Of a DNA stretch of 24,000 nucleotides, positions 23,152 to 24,000 are shown piece after piece; the first letter of the stretch is position 1, and every line of letters begins with the position of its first letter. Below the pieces are notes generated by a model. It saw only the letters and a program-made list of their open reading frames with translations, made no database searches and was not told the origin of the DNA. Where the stretch lies: contig JAEUUA010000023.1 in assembly GCA_016787755.1 (NCBI GenBank), forward strand, positions 88,613 through 112,612, written 5' to 3'. A program made the translations under genes and the position numbers. The stretch is from Cyclobacteriaceae bacterium. GTDB lineage: Bacteria > Bacteroidota > Bacteroidia > Cytophagales > Cyclobacteriaceae.

Positions 23152-24000
23152 TTACTTTGTTATCGGCACTTTCGTAAGCAAAGCTTTTACTATATCGGCT
23201 GTCTTTACATTGTCTGCTTCTGCTTCGTAGTTCAAGATGATCCTATGATTCATCACATCCAATGCAATTTCTTTTATGTCTTCTGGCAACACATAATCGC
23301 GGCCATCCATAAAAGCAACTGCCTTGGCAGCAAGGTTCATATTAATACTGGCCCGCGGGGAGGCTCCAAACTGAATGTATTGGGCTTCGTTATCCAGTTT
23401 ATACTCTTTCGGCTTGCGAGTAGCCGTTACTAATTCAATAATATATTTTTCCAGCGACTCAGAGATCTTCACTTTGTTCACTTCACCGCGAATCGCAAAA
23501 ATATCTTCTTTAGTAAGAATTGCATTTACTTCATAACTAAAGCCCATGTTCGAAATTCTGCGCATGATTTCCAGTTCATGCTCTTTAGTAGGGTAGTTCA
23601 CAAATACCTTCATCATAAAGCGGTCAATCTGCGCTTCCGGAAGTTGATAGGTTCCCTCGTTCTCCACCGGATTTTGTGTAGCCATTACCAGGAATGGTTT
23701 ATCCAAAATAAAGGTAGTCTCTCCAATGGTAACTTGTTTCTCCTGCATGGCTTCCAACAAGGCCGACTGTACCTTGGCGGGAGAACGATTTATTTCATCT
23801 GCTAAAACAATGTTTGCGAAAATAGGACCCTTCTTAACTTCAAACTTACCATCCTTCTGATTATAGATCATAGTACCCACGAGATCAGAAGGTAAAAGAT
23901 CAGGCGTAAATTGAATGCGGGCAAAATCCAGATGAAGCACGCGAGCGACCGTGCTGATGGTTAATGTTTTGGCTAACCCAGGCACCCCTTCCAATAAAAT
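23152..24000 (-). CDS. MoxR-family AAA+ ATPase, C-terminal ~282 codons; the gene continues past the window end
   Basis: The frame stays open to position 24000 (..ILLEGVPGLAKT, a Walker A motif). Walker B is VLADEINR. Also present are FLVMATQNP.E.EGTY.LPEAQ.DRF, typical of MoxR. Confidence 0.85.
   Translation of the reverse strand: MLLEGVPGLAKTLTISTVARVLHLDFARIQFTPDLLPSDLVGTMIYNQKDGKFEVKKGPIFANIVLADEINRSPAKVQSALLEAMQEKQVTIGETTFILDKPFLVMATQNPVENEGTYQLPEAQIDRFMMKVFVNYPTKEHELEIMRRISNMGFSYEVNAILTKEDIFAIRGEVNKVKISESLEKYIIELVTATRKPKEYKLDNEAQYIQFGASPRASINMNLAAKAVAFMDGRDYVLPEDIKEIALDVMNHRIILNYEAEADNVKTADIVKALLTKVPITK

Noticed and set aside
1-24000. Checked for CRISPR arrays, rRNA/tRNA genes, transposases, integrases, phage genes, toxin-antitoxin pairs and recognisable defence-system enzymes.
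   Set aside because: I saw none. Every intergenic spacer is 216 bp or shorter and was read on both strands. All long ORFs have housekeeping, transport or metabolic signatures.

Overview
This 24-kb segment looks like ordinary chromosome from a Bacteroidota genome (Cytophagia/Flavobacteriia-like). That assignment rests on CarboxypepD_reg-type TonB-dependent receptors, DUF4293 and PepSY-like (DUF2874) proteins, many lipoprotein signals, and TAnnTTTG -7 boxes upstream of several genes. I support 22 protein-coding genes, two of them cut by the window edges. I found no rRNA, tRNA, CRISPR array, transposase, integrase or phage gene. Left to right the genes are: thiolase (partial), DUF4293 membrane protein, thiol peroxidase Tpx, a secreted amidohydrolase, an exported hydroxypyruvate-isomerase-like TIM barrel, a PepSY-like protein plus TonB-dependent receptor pair, and then a long co-directional minus-strand run. 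That run contains an LpxL-family acyltransferase, purine nucleoside phosphorylase, a creatininase-fold hydrolase, ArsM, radical-SAM ArsS, an AhpD-like protein, a lytic transglycosylase and a LOG-family protein. After it come a GH130 lipoprotein, a TIGR01777 epimerase-family protein, a secreted coiled-coil protein, a three-gene locus (TonB-dependent receptor, beta-helix-like lipoprotein, 189-aa protein), an orphan ArsC-type low-molecular-weight phosphatase, and a MoxR ATPase (partial). I cannot defend any wholly new system such as a defence island. The observations most worth following up are four. (1) The known three-gene arsenosugar cassette is extended co-directionally by a creatininase-fold hydrolase, a PNP and an acyltransferase, which are candidates for the genetically unassigned later steps. 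(2) A 134-bp TA-flanked, MITE-like inverted-repeat element fills exactly the junction between the AhpD-like gene and arsS. (3) A family of intergenic heptamer arrays (C[G/A]CNAAG, 8-10 bp period) is present, and one copy sits between 16-bp direct repeats. (4) A receptor plus lipoprotein uptake locus lacks a SusD partner, and its lipoprotein carries a ladder of acidic motifs. All functional calls come from reading the translations for motifs, not from database searches.
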